Shown here piece after piece: positions 49,802 through 60,652 of a DNA stretch of 64,000 nt. Within the stretch, counting starts at the first letter, position 1. The number at the start of each line of letters is the position of its first letter. The position numbers were made by a program, and so were the translations under genes. This DNA is from Oikopleura dioica (lineage: Eukaryota; Animalia; Chordata). Location: NCBI GenBank assembly GCA_907165135.1, contig OU015569.1, positions 6,944,001 to 7,008,000 of the forward strand. The letters are read 5' to 3'. The notes under the pieces are model-generated. The model saw only the letters and a program-made list of their open reading frames with translations, was not told the DNA's origin and made no database searches.

Positions 49802-50728
49802 ATGACTACGTTATCCTCACTTCTGAAAGAAAGGATCACGGTTCATCTTGAAAAGACAATTGGAAAAGGACTTTTTGATAAAGAACTTCCAGACTACGTG
49901 ATTCTACTCCTTACAAACGGCAAAGCCAAAAAGGAAATAACAAATGAACTATCTGAGTTTATTGCTGAAGGTACAGGTAGTTTTTGATGCGTTATTTGTT
50001 CTATGAAAACATTTTAGCAACAAAGCTCGTGGAATGGGTATTCAACGAAATTGATGTTATCAAAAAGGAAAAACTGAAAGAGTCCACTGAAAAGAGGAAG
50101 AAAAAAGAGGAGGAAAAACGTTTAAAGCGCGAACAAAAAAGGTTACAAATAGAAAAAGCAGAGAGGGAAAAAGCGGAAAAGAAAAAGGCAGTTGCCCGTC
50201 CTCCGGCCCCGATCGCAGTTTCGTCCGACGAAGATATCCTTAAGCCGCCTCCGTTGATCAGAGGAAGAAGGGAACGTATACGATCCCACGAAAAGCCAAG
50301 AAGTCGCAGCTCATCGTCTTCAAGCTCGTCTTCATCATCGACATCATCTTCAAGTTCTTCATCGAGTTCGTCTCCTACAAGAAGACGTAAATATTCCCGC
50401 TCAAGAAGCCGCTCTAAGAAAATAAGCCGGAAAAACAGAAAAAAGAAGTCAAGAAGTCGTAGTAGAAGTACTCGTTCCCGCAGCCCAGCAAAAATACAAA
50501 AGCGAGTTGTCCAGAAAACGCAGAAAGCCTTCGCTGAAGTAGCGATTACCCGAACGATCAAGCGAGATCGTGGAGTTGTCGATCCTGATTCTTCCGTTCA
50601 AAGGATCGACTTAATCGAAGAAAAGTCACCGCCAAGACGCAGGCGGAAAAAGTCAATCGAAAGAATGGAGAAACTGAAAACTACACCTGCTCACATGCTC
50701 ATCATGCCGGATACGAATCCCTTCTCAG
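49802..50728 (+). CDS. PWI-like (ZC3H14/Nab2 N-terminal type) domain, coiled-coil, poly-Ser and RS-rich protein; 3' end unresolved
   Basis: FDKELPDYVILLLTNGKAKKEITNELSEFIAE|ATKLVEWV resembles ZC3H14 DEELPDYIMVMVANKKS...DLSLFLG...FTVWL, followed by a K/E coiled coil, a ~24-residue Ser/Thr run and RSRSRS repeats. Confidence 0.65.
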
Positions 50729-51038
50729 GTAAAGATCAGCACAGAATAATACGAACTGTAATTGGTTCGGATAGACAGCGATCTATACTTACTGTTCACC
50801 CTCTAGAGTCTAGACTTATGTTCTATTTCCAGCTGAGAATTATCTTTGACGATCTCAATCCGATTACGATCTATCGTAACCCTAGATACTAGTAGCACTG
50901 TCCCGCTGAGTAAGTCAGCGCTCTCCCGCCCTCCTTCGGCCAGTTAAATGGCATATAACCAGCGCGAAACAAGCTTATCATCAGAAAATACAAACAAGAA
51001 ATAGCAATACTCCAAAAGAAAACAATCAAAAGACCGCA

Positions 51039-51365
51039 ATGGCAGTTACACGCTCTGCTACGAAAGCAGGACGAGCAAAGCTTACCATGGTACTACCGAA
51101 CAGTCCCATGAAAACTGCGAAACTCCGCTTCAAAATGAACGCTCAGAAAAAATCCGTTACGCCGAAATCCGCTACGCCGAAATCCACTACGCCGAAATCC
51201 ACTACGCCGAAATCAACTACGCCGAAATCCGCTACGACAAAATCCGCTCGACGATCACTGTTTTTCTCCCCAACAAAACCGGTGAAGAAGGACAAACCTA
51301 AGTCCGCCAGCAATCCAGCTGCGTTGCCCTTCTCGGTTAAAACAGAAGCTTTGGATATCTACTAG
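51039..51365 (+). CDS. Small intronless basic protein with TPKS repeats (108 aa)
   Basis: Clean ATG-to-stop ORF after an A-rich leader; K/R/S/T/P-rich with five TPKS units. Confidence 0.6.
   Translation: MAVTRSATKAGRAKLTMVLPNSPMKTAKLRFKMNAQKKSVTPKSATPKSTTPKSTTPKSTTPKSATTKSARRSLFFSPTKPVKKDKPKSASNPAALPFSVKTEALDIY
51150..51239 (+). repeat. 15-bp coding tandem repeat x6 (AAATCC[G/A]CTACGCCG)
   Basis: Units start at 51150, 51165, 51180, 51195, 51210 and 51225 and encode KS(V/A/T)TP. Confidence 0.95.
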
Positions 51366-51476
51366 AAGCACGACAACCAAGAAGAAAGCAGAATCGACCC
51401 TAGAAAACTTTCTTATAACGGAAAAATCTATCTCCTTCTCACTGTTAACAAAAATAAAAGAAAAAAGTTCGAATTA

Positions 51477-53733
51477 ATGACTTTATTTTTCGATGAGACC
51501 GATCATAACTCACTCAAAGAGCATTTCATTAATTTATCGGTAGATAATGCTGAATCGAGCGAAGAAAACGAGTGGGCTCCGAAATCGCCTCCATCAACCA
51601 AATCCTCTAGTTCAGACAACGCGAAATTAAGAGGACTGGAGAGCACAATGAAAGAGCGCATAGCTGCCAAACTAACGAAAAGTAAAGCCCCAAATAACGT
51701 GTCGCCGAGCAAAAACCAGACTTCCAACAACGTCGATTTAATAAAGCAGTTCGAGCGAAAAATTAACAATAACTCTGATGAATTCGGTCCTCCATTACCC
51801 CCAAAAGTCATTGATAATAATGTTTCGGAATCTGCTGACCTCCGTCGATCCGTGATTATTAATCAGGGTAACAAGAACAATGATGATTCGTCGTCTCCTG
51901 TCCCAACCGACGGGGAAGAAGAATATGAGGATGAAGTTGACACCTCCAAAGAAGCTTCAAAGCGTGAAGTCGTCCCAATCGTCACGAGCTCAGTACGCCA
52001 ACCTGAATATGTACCAGAACCTACTATTTCTGACAAAAAAGAATCTACTTCTACAAAAGAGTTGCCGAACAAAAAATCTCTCTTGGAGAAAACTGAAAAG
52101 AGCTCTGCCGAGGTAGTACTTTGAAAAATCATCCTTATCTTCTTAATAATATAGTCAACTTATGTGATAACTGATGAGTTCTTAGTCTTCTAAAAGAGTA
52201 TTTAGGCTGTAACAAATGTCATGGCAGACTTTAGAAAGTCCAACAAAAATGGGTGGACGAAAATGCATACTCTAGCTGGCACTGGAAAGTTGTATAAAAT
52301 CAGAAGCTTCTTAAAAAGGGACGACTTGGCATTAATCGATCAATCGGGGACAAGGTAATCCTCATTTCAAGTCTAATGAACTATAGGTTTCAAGTGTTCT
52401 CCATGAAGCGACGAAAAAGGGATTTCTCTGGCAAGTTTCAAACTTGCTGGATGGCAAATTGTTAATGTTGACGGACAAACTTGGCATTACTCCGTTTCAT
52501 TTGGCTACTGAGCGAAAAGAGCTCTACATTTTGTCTTCGATAGCAGGGTAAACCAACGCAATCTGAACACAATTTAATATGCGTGACTGCCTGTTCACGG
52601 GTAGTATAAGTTCTAAGATTGTGCTGGTTAACCATGCGTAAGACTTTTCTGAGCTTGATGTCAATGTCGTGGACAAGTCGGGACGTACATCGTTGCATAT
52701 TGCTGCCCAAGGCAATTATGTCGATGGTATCAAAAAACTGATGGCAGAAGGCGCTTCGTCCAGTTTCCCATAATTGGTGAATTTATTTTATAAAGAACTC
52801 TTGAATTATTTTTTATGAGGCTTTTACGTTTCGAATAATACGGTATTTTTACTTAACTTAATTAAATAATAAATGTCATTAATTTTGTATTATTTCTCAT
52901 AGACTCTCAGTAGATGCCTAGTTTAACACAATAACTAGAGGAACATACTGTACTGTTTAGTTCAACCTTTTATGGGAAACCGGAACTAGACCACAATCAA
53001 AGACGCTAAAGGTAGGCAAGCGCATGAGTTTGCCACGGACCCAGCGTTGGTAACGTTACTCGGCGGGACGCCTCTTCCTGCCGATAAGAAGGTGATCCGA
53101 ATCAATCCAAAAATGATAAATATGGTTCCACCAAATATGCTTCAACATGCGAATACCGTGGCACAGCAGCAAGCCCCTCCAACAAATGGAACTCTTCACC
53201 AAAGTGTCCCGGTGAGAGTGCATCATCAGCATGTGGCTCCTCATCAACATGTTGCGCCTCATCACCACACTGCTCTAATGCCTGAGCAGATTCCAAACTT
53301 CCAGAAGACGCGCCACACTATTAACAGACATGTACCGCGAATGAGCTTACCTCCTGATGTGTCCATGAGGAAGATTTCTTCGGAGACGAGCAACACAACC
53401 TTAGATGTGACAGCTAAGCCTCCTGCAAAACATATAAATGAACCGAAGAAGAATGAGCTCGACCCAACAACGAAGGCAAAATCTAAGGAAGAAGGACCGA
53501 AACTGCAATTACCTCAAGATAAAACATATCTAGATAAAATCAACGATGAGAAATCTGAATCTGATGAAAGTGATAATGACGAGAGGTATGCTTTCGGTCT
53601 GATGGAAAATAGTAAACACTCATTTTAGTTGTAGAAGATATAAAGGAGGCCGAAGCTGGTAAAAAATCTGCAATATCTTTTAATAAAATTCACCTGACTC
53701 ACGAACAGTTAGTTCATCGTAAACTTTTATGAA
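51477..53733 (+). CDS. Ankyrin-repeat protein with long disordered N- and C-termini
   Basis: The 51477 ORF splices (GT at 52114, acceptor TTTAG at 52205) into exons with ankyrin motifs GWTKMHTLA, SSVLHEAT, DKLGITPFHLA, DKSGRTSLHIAAQGN, KDAKGRQAHEFA. One apparent frameshift near 52296; last exon uncertain. Confidence 0.7.
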
Positions 53734-54179
53734 TGATAACTCCTATATCAAGGGATTATCATGCGCTATTTATCATTTAAGCTTTCTTTGGATTACCGCA
53801 GGTTACTCAATTGATTGACTTAAAGGCGTTCAAATGTGCAAGGCAACAAAGGGATAATAATTCACAAGTTGTGAAATCACAACAAGGAAGTTAAAAATTA
53901 AGAAAGCTGAATCCTATTCTGCACCCTCCTGGAGAGAAGCTTTCTCTGAAAATCTACGCAGAATATATTGCAATCTCGTAAGGTGTTATTTCACGGAAAT
54001 AAAGTAAATCATTTTTGCAATAAAATTATTCTCAATTCCACTAGAGTTGATCGATTATTATTATTTGTCTGCTGGAGGGTGTCGTTCGTGATAAATGGGC
54101 GTTGCGCCTTCACTGGGCATTCAGACTACCTCAAGACTTATCACTATTCCAGAGGGCGAACAGAGATCAGCGGAAGAAC

Positions 54180-56848
54180 AGTGAGTAACATTTTATTTTC
54201 ATAGAGGTTTATGCGACTGAATGACGGAAAATATTAAGTCAGACCTTACCCTCAGGCCTTGGCTATAATTTGGCTTATTTTTAATATCGAAAAATTATTA
54301 TTATAATTTTAACGAAATCGCAAAAAAATATTTTTAGTGAGTGGGAAACTTCCCTGGCTTCAGGGGCGCTGGTTCCATTTCTCCGAAAATGTACAAGAGG
54401 AGGCGACGATGCTCGCATTCAAATCCTCAAAGTTTGCTAAAGACGCTGAGTGGTGGGATATCGTGAAGCAAAGCTCAACAACCATGGGTTGGGGAGATTG
54501 GCTTGTTTTCGTTTTTTGTCTTGGATTTCCCATGGCAGTGGGCGTCTTCTTCATGATGCAGTTTGAGTTCCGAATGCCGTATCGGCGTTTTCGTCATTAA
54601 TATTCGAGGGTTATCTCGACTTTTTCTCAGATATTATGATATTTACCTTTTTTACGACCTTTTTTAACTCAAGTGAAAGGCAAAACAGGCGGCAAAAAAT
54701 AACCCTGGTGGAGCCATGGAAGAGTATATGATGGCTAGTAAGTCTGCAAAAGTGCTTCCATTAGCGCTCTCCATTGTGACGTCTTTCATGTCAGCGATCA
54801 CTGTCTTGGGCGTACCTGGTGATGTTCCAGCTTCCAACACCATGTATATATGGTTTCTCATCACATTTACAAGTGTTTGCGCCTTAACCGCATTAGTATA
54901 TGTTCCCGTATTTTACAAAATGGAGATCAAGTCCACTTATGAATACCTGAACAGGAACAGAGTAGCAGCATCGTAATCATAATCAAATCCAATGAGAGGA
55001 TCTTCAATTCAATGTATCAAATTGACTAAACTCTGGTCTAAGACGCTTTGGAAACGCCACTCGACTCATGGCTGTTCTCGCTTTCATCATTCAAACAGCT
55101 TTATACCTCGGGATCGTTATCTATGCACCCGCACTCGCCCTTTCTAAGACCACTGGACTTAACCTTTGGGGCGTCGTAGTTGGAACTGGCATTGTTTGCA
55201 TCATTTACACTACTCTTGGAGGAATGAAGGCAGTTATTTGGACTGGTGTGTTCCAGGCTCTCGTTATGTTTGGTGGCTTCTTCGCGGTTATCATTTTTGG
55301 CTGTTACGATCTTGGCTGGGGTGAAATTTGGAGGATCAACCAGGAGGAGCATCGTCTCGACTTATGGGATTTTAGTACCGATATTCGCCAAAAGCACACT
55401 TTTTGGACGATTCTTTTCGCCGGTCAAATGGTCTGGCTGAGTCTTTATGCCACTTCTCAAGCACAAGTGCAGCGATATATGTCCTCTAAAACGTTGAAAG
55501 ACGCACAGTTAGCGATCGGAATAAATGTTATTGGTCTTTGGTTTATTAACGCCGCCGCAATAGCATGTGGAATGGTTATTTTCGGGAATAGGGGCGAACT
55601 CTATAAACGTAAAATAATCAGGTGCGCGTGGAGTCTTTAAATTTTATTTCTTTGTCAAAAGATTATGAGTTCACGAAAGCTTTCTGGTACAGGTGTGATC
55701 CAATCGCCATGGGTCGAATTACTGGCACTGATCAGTATTTCCCTTATTTTGTTGTTTCCAAGCTATCACATCTTTGGGGAGTCGCTGGCCTTCATGTGTC
55801 CTCAGTATATGCTGGTTCACTTTCGACAGTTTCTTCTGGAATCAACGCAATGGCTATGGTGCATTATTTTTTTAATTCATGGAATCATTCTTTCTAGTGC
55901 ACGATGGAGGACTTTATCAAGCCTTACAAAACGCTCACAGACGCACAACAGAAAAATCTCTCGATGATTCTCGTAATCATTTATGGAAGTCTCTCGATTT
56001 TAATCGCATGGCTTGCTTCTGTTCTTGGCCCAGTTCTTCAGGCGGCATTGTCCATTTTGGGTAACTCCGAAGAGCTAAATTTATAATATCTATTATTAGG
56101 TATTCTTGGTGGACCTCTTGTGGCCATCTTTACCATGGGAATCGTTTTTCCTTTTGCCAATCAAAAAGGTGCAATTTTCGGTTCTGTGTGCGGTGTGGCT
56201 TTCGGCTGGGTGATCTTTGCATTTTCAAAAGCCGACCCCAAGTCGTCCATTCTCAAATCATATATACCTCCTACTATCGAATTCGATCAGTGTAATTCAA
56301 ATTGGACAGGTATTATTTGAAATTTTTCTTAGACCATCAAATATATTTTTTAGCTGATATCGATAGCTATTTGACTATCAAGGAAGTAAGACAATACGAA
56401 TTTCTTAAGCATGCGAGAGGAGCAGAAGCTGCATGTGAAGCAGATATAACTGACGAAAGGTTTCTTTATTGCCTATTTTTTTTAATTGTAAAATTTGAAA
56501 TAGTTACTATTGCGGAGAATATGAACGGGAAATCACTTCAATCGACGGAGAAGGCGTGTGGGAGCGATTCTATCACATGTCATATTTGTATATGTCAATG
56601 ATCTGCTTCATAATCTCTATGGTTGTTGGATTAACCGTCTCTGCCCTTACTGGAGGACTTTCAGAAGAATATAGAAAATCTCATTCCAAGGAAATGTTCA
56701 ACACGTTTTTCCCGAGCTCTTACTACAGGTTTTCGATAGATTCGTCAGCAATACTAAAATCATTTGAAGCCGCGAGGAAGATGAGAAGTCACAAGACAGG
56801 AGAGACGGGGAAGACATTGAATTTATCCAAACTTCGAATCCGTACTAG
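54180..56848 (+). CDS. Sodium:solute symporter, SLC5A6/A8/A12 (SMVT/SMCT) subgroup
   Basis: PLALSIVTSFMSAITVLGVP, STYEYLNRRF, YLGIVIYAPALAL, YTTLGGMKAVIWT, SQAQVQRY, CDP...DQYFPY, AGSLSTVSSGINAMA, GGPLVAIFTMG are hallmark SSS motifs; multi-TM. Confidence 0.92.
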
Positions 56849-59800
56849 AATTTTAAAAAATATTTCTTTACAGCCTTGCAAATACAAAGTAATAAATTAT
56901 GAAAAAATGAGTCTGCAATGCCTTTATACAAGTCCTCTCCGATTTCAAAGATCTAAAAATAATTCTAATTTGGGACAGATTCTAGCCTATTTGTGAAGAT
57001 GGGATGAACGGGTTCGGCATAAATAATCCGGACCTATCCAAAATCAAAGAGGATCATCCACCCTTAGTTCAATTAATAACCGAGAATGCGGGCGCTCTTT
57101 CTCACTTCATATTTTCATTATTTTGATTGAGCGATTTCGAATTCTGTCTAAGAGCCACAAATTGAAGCTTATCCCAAAGCTGCGTATTATTGATAAGTTC
57201 ACCCACGATTGAACTACATGGCGAAACAATGATAACAGTAATAAAATATTCTTTTTGGAAGATCATTATTAATGCTACAAAAGCGAATCTGCTTTTTAGG
57301 AAGCCCCTGAGGTTTGTCTGTATCAACCTTAAGCAAGGATAAAAGAAGAATGGCCAAAGCATCTTAAAATTTTAGGAAGAGAGGTAGAACGCAAGCCAAA
57401 CAAGTGTGCACAGTTGTAGTCGAAACCGGCATCGAACTAGTTTTAAGGGTTCAGGAAAAACTCTTTCTTTCAATTTGACATGAATTCTTAATATCGTGTC
57501 ATCGGTTTCATAGTTTGTTAATTCTTTGATCTGTCCTGTGAACTTGAGCCCACACAAACAGGCAGATGCTCATAATCTATGAAACATCAATACTTTCAAT
57601 ATTGTGAATGCAGCCCACTATTCTAATCAATCGTAGTCTGCACCAGCAAAGTATTTAGTAACACCTTTTTCTCCAAATTGAACATTTCAAAATTACCCGT
57701 AGTGCAGCCGCAAGTACTAGCGGTCTTTCGCGGTCAACCCATTTCATACTCTACTTGCAATTATGAATTATAAACGCAGCAACAGTCCAAAGCAAGAAGA
57801 AGATTTCTACGCTCATTATTACTGACTTGCTCGATTATTGGCTTATGATTTGGGCTTTTTCTGAACTGGCAGCTTCATCAAAAATTTAAATGCTGTAACT
57901 GAGTTGTTTGAATTGTGTACCCGGAAAAAGTGGTACAAATTATAGCTTGAAATTTTCAAAGCAAATAGCATTTATACTAGGTTTGAATAAACGATGAATC
58001 TACCGGTGAAATTAAAGCTTTTGGAAGAGTAAATAGTGTATCTATTTCCAAGATTAAAATCTTGGCCTCGTCCATTACGTCCAAACAGTTAAATGTAAAA
58101 AAAAACGACTGGCAAGTATCGAATTGAAAGTCAGGAGAGCGCTAGTGGTTTGATGAAGTAATTACATCTTTTTCCTCATCTACTAAAATAAAAGAAAGAA
58201 GATAAGTCAGCTGAGATCCGCTTGAATTGGAAATGAGTAGAAGCCCAATTGGGTCCGTGCATTAGAACCCCTCATTTTTTATAAATGATTCGCGATGCCT
58301 CTCACTGGACACTGTCACGCTGTGTGCCCAACAGCATCATCGTCTCCTATCTCGGGTAGAAGCAGGTGGAAGAAGCCCTCTCTGTTTCTTCTTTTTATAC
58401 TTCTCGGCAGCGGCGAATAAAAAGAGAAGCAGTCACTATTTTATCCGAGAAACCGCCTTTCCAAGGAGACAAAATAACGACATTCAAAAAGCGAGTACTT
58501 TGACCAGAGAAATTATATGAAATAGAGAACCAGGCAGCGAAACTGGAAAAGATCATTAAGACAAGGTAATTTGATTTATTATTTCGAATTTAGACTATGT
58601 ACTTGTTATTTTTGTTCTTGAAGTGATTTAGTAAATCAACATTATTAAAAGACGCCAGTTTAGAGGCATAAATTGGTGATTCAGATAGCTGTGAAAGGCT
58701 TCAATTCTTCCAGACAACACCAGGGAAAATTCTGATTAAAATAATTGTAGAATGTTAATTTGTCTATATTCGGCTGCGCGCAATTAAAATTTAAGACGGC
58801 TGATTTTTCTAAAAGCCCGAATGCAAGAGCTCTACTGAGAGCTCTCGAGAGCGCCGCTTTTTGAAAGTTGCTAAAAAGGATTTCCTTATTTGATAAAAAG
58901 AATTCTTTATAAGGAAAAAACGGAAAAGTAAACAAAATGCAAAATACCAATTTAACGCTCAATGGGTTTGCATTAGTCTTGAGATTTACTCCGGGTTGTG
59001 CGATGATTTGTAACAAATTAATTATCCCTCAGACAAATAAATCAAAAAATCGCGATTGGGCCGATGCCGCAGCACGCTCCTCCAGTTATTAGAATTGCAG
59101 TGATGATCGGGACGAAGTCTTTTTTACATTGCTTGAATATGAATACCTTAGAGAAATCTTAAGAAAAGCATCAAGAAGTACCACCCACAACAAGTAAAGC
59201 AAGCTTAGTCGATGTGGTCGATTCTCCTTCTTTTTTTCTTGGAAAAAATGATGCCGATGAGAGGAGACGGCCCTTCTTTTTTCGTTTTTTACGAAGGTGC
59301 GTGTGTCTGGCCCTTTGATCCCGATATCGAGTGACAGACTTTGACTTAGAAGAGTTTCGTTTCGCATGATGTCCGCATTCGATAGCGAGTAACATTTTAT
59401 CGAATATTAGATGTAGAAGAAAAAGAAGTGTAAGGCGTGCGAGAACAAAATTAATATTCTTCCCAGGCGACTGATTAACCCCCTGAACTGCGTTCGTCCC
59501 GATTTATAATCGGAATCAAAATAAAAAGCAGCTTTTATTGTTAAGGGGTCACTATGATTAGAATTCTGTGTCGATTGAATTCTTTATCTCGCGAAATTAT
59601 TGATAAGAGCTAAGTACCTCTGCGCGCTCAGATATCCTCGAAATTAATCGTTGTTTGCCACAAACTTAATTCTAGCAGAAGCTTATAAAATGTGTAATAC
59701 ACGCTTTTTATAAAAATAAATATGACGTCAGAAAACCTTTTTATTGCCAACGCTAGTTACGAGATAGTATATTTAATTTATGATGGCGAAAAACCATGAC

Positions 59801-60421
59801 AGAAACGATAGAACAGACTTCTATTTGACAGAAATGAGAATTATTATTGATGGAGAATCGGGTTATGACTGGGTCAAGGGGTAGAACAAAGGAGGACATC
59901 ATGTCATCTGAGGACATTGTCTCAGAGAGGGTTGAGCGTTGAATATTCATGCTTGCATCTTTCTAGCCCGGTCAATAGATTCGTAATTATTGATTGCGAT
60001 AGTTATGATTTCTGATGGCTCAATTTCGAGAAAGGATGGCCGTGAATTAAAATTGAGGAGATAAGTGAGCCCTTCGATAGAATGCGACGAGCTACAGTTA
60101 GAAGACTCCTCTGCAGGGGCTTATTAATAATTCAGAAGAAAGCGGAGACAACCAAATGCTATTTAACTCGGCTTAAATTAATTTAAATAAGCTATTACCA
60201 TCAATTCGCCCAGGAGAAAATCCTCACAATAAACTAAAACTGCATTTTGATATCAACGAGGAGAGCGGCAAGTCCATAAATAAGGAGAATGTTTTTGCTC
60301 AAGGTACGCTTCAAATAAAGGTAGAAATAGTTAGGAAGGGTGCACATAAAAAAGATGAGCTTGTTTTGGAAGATGATCGGGGCGGAAAGAAGCGCGAAAT
60401 TTTCGTCGCAAAATTTTCGTA

Positions 60422-60652
60422 GGCGCGGAGCCGGGCCATGAGTTGGCTCGGGCCCCCCACCGCCTCCGTGGTGGCCTCTCGTCGGCCTGGCTCCAACGCG
60501 GCCCTTCACCTCCAGTGACCCCATTCCCCCAAGCAAAGTTAGATAGCTACAAGAATGCTCTCTCTGAAGAAGAAATAAGGGTGGAAGAGAAGTCAAAAAA
60601 TTTTAATTTTATAAAGAGATTAATTGAAGACAAGCCTGTAGAAGAAATATAA
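60422..60652 (+). CDS. Possible isolated exon or small ORF (GC-rich island)
   Basis: Open frame GAEPGHELARAPHRLRGGLSSAWLQRGPSPPVTPFPQAKLDSYK...EEI* after TTTTCGTAG; locally high GC in AT-rich DNA; no family recognised. Confidence 0.25.
   Translation, partial: GAEPGHELARAPHRLRGGLSSAWLQRGPSPPVTPFPQAKLDSYKNALSEEEIRVEEKSKNFNFIKRLIEDKPVEEI

Noticed and set aside
50305-50385. TCN/TCA-rich repeat as a non-coding microsatellite
   Set aside because: It is the in-frame poly-Ser tract of the PWI/RS gene.
55580-55685. GG-AG intron in SLC5 (55585-55679)
   Set aside because: It fits family spacing well, but a canonical GT-AG solution (donor 55610, acceptor 55661) is also in frame, so it is not supportable without RNA data.
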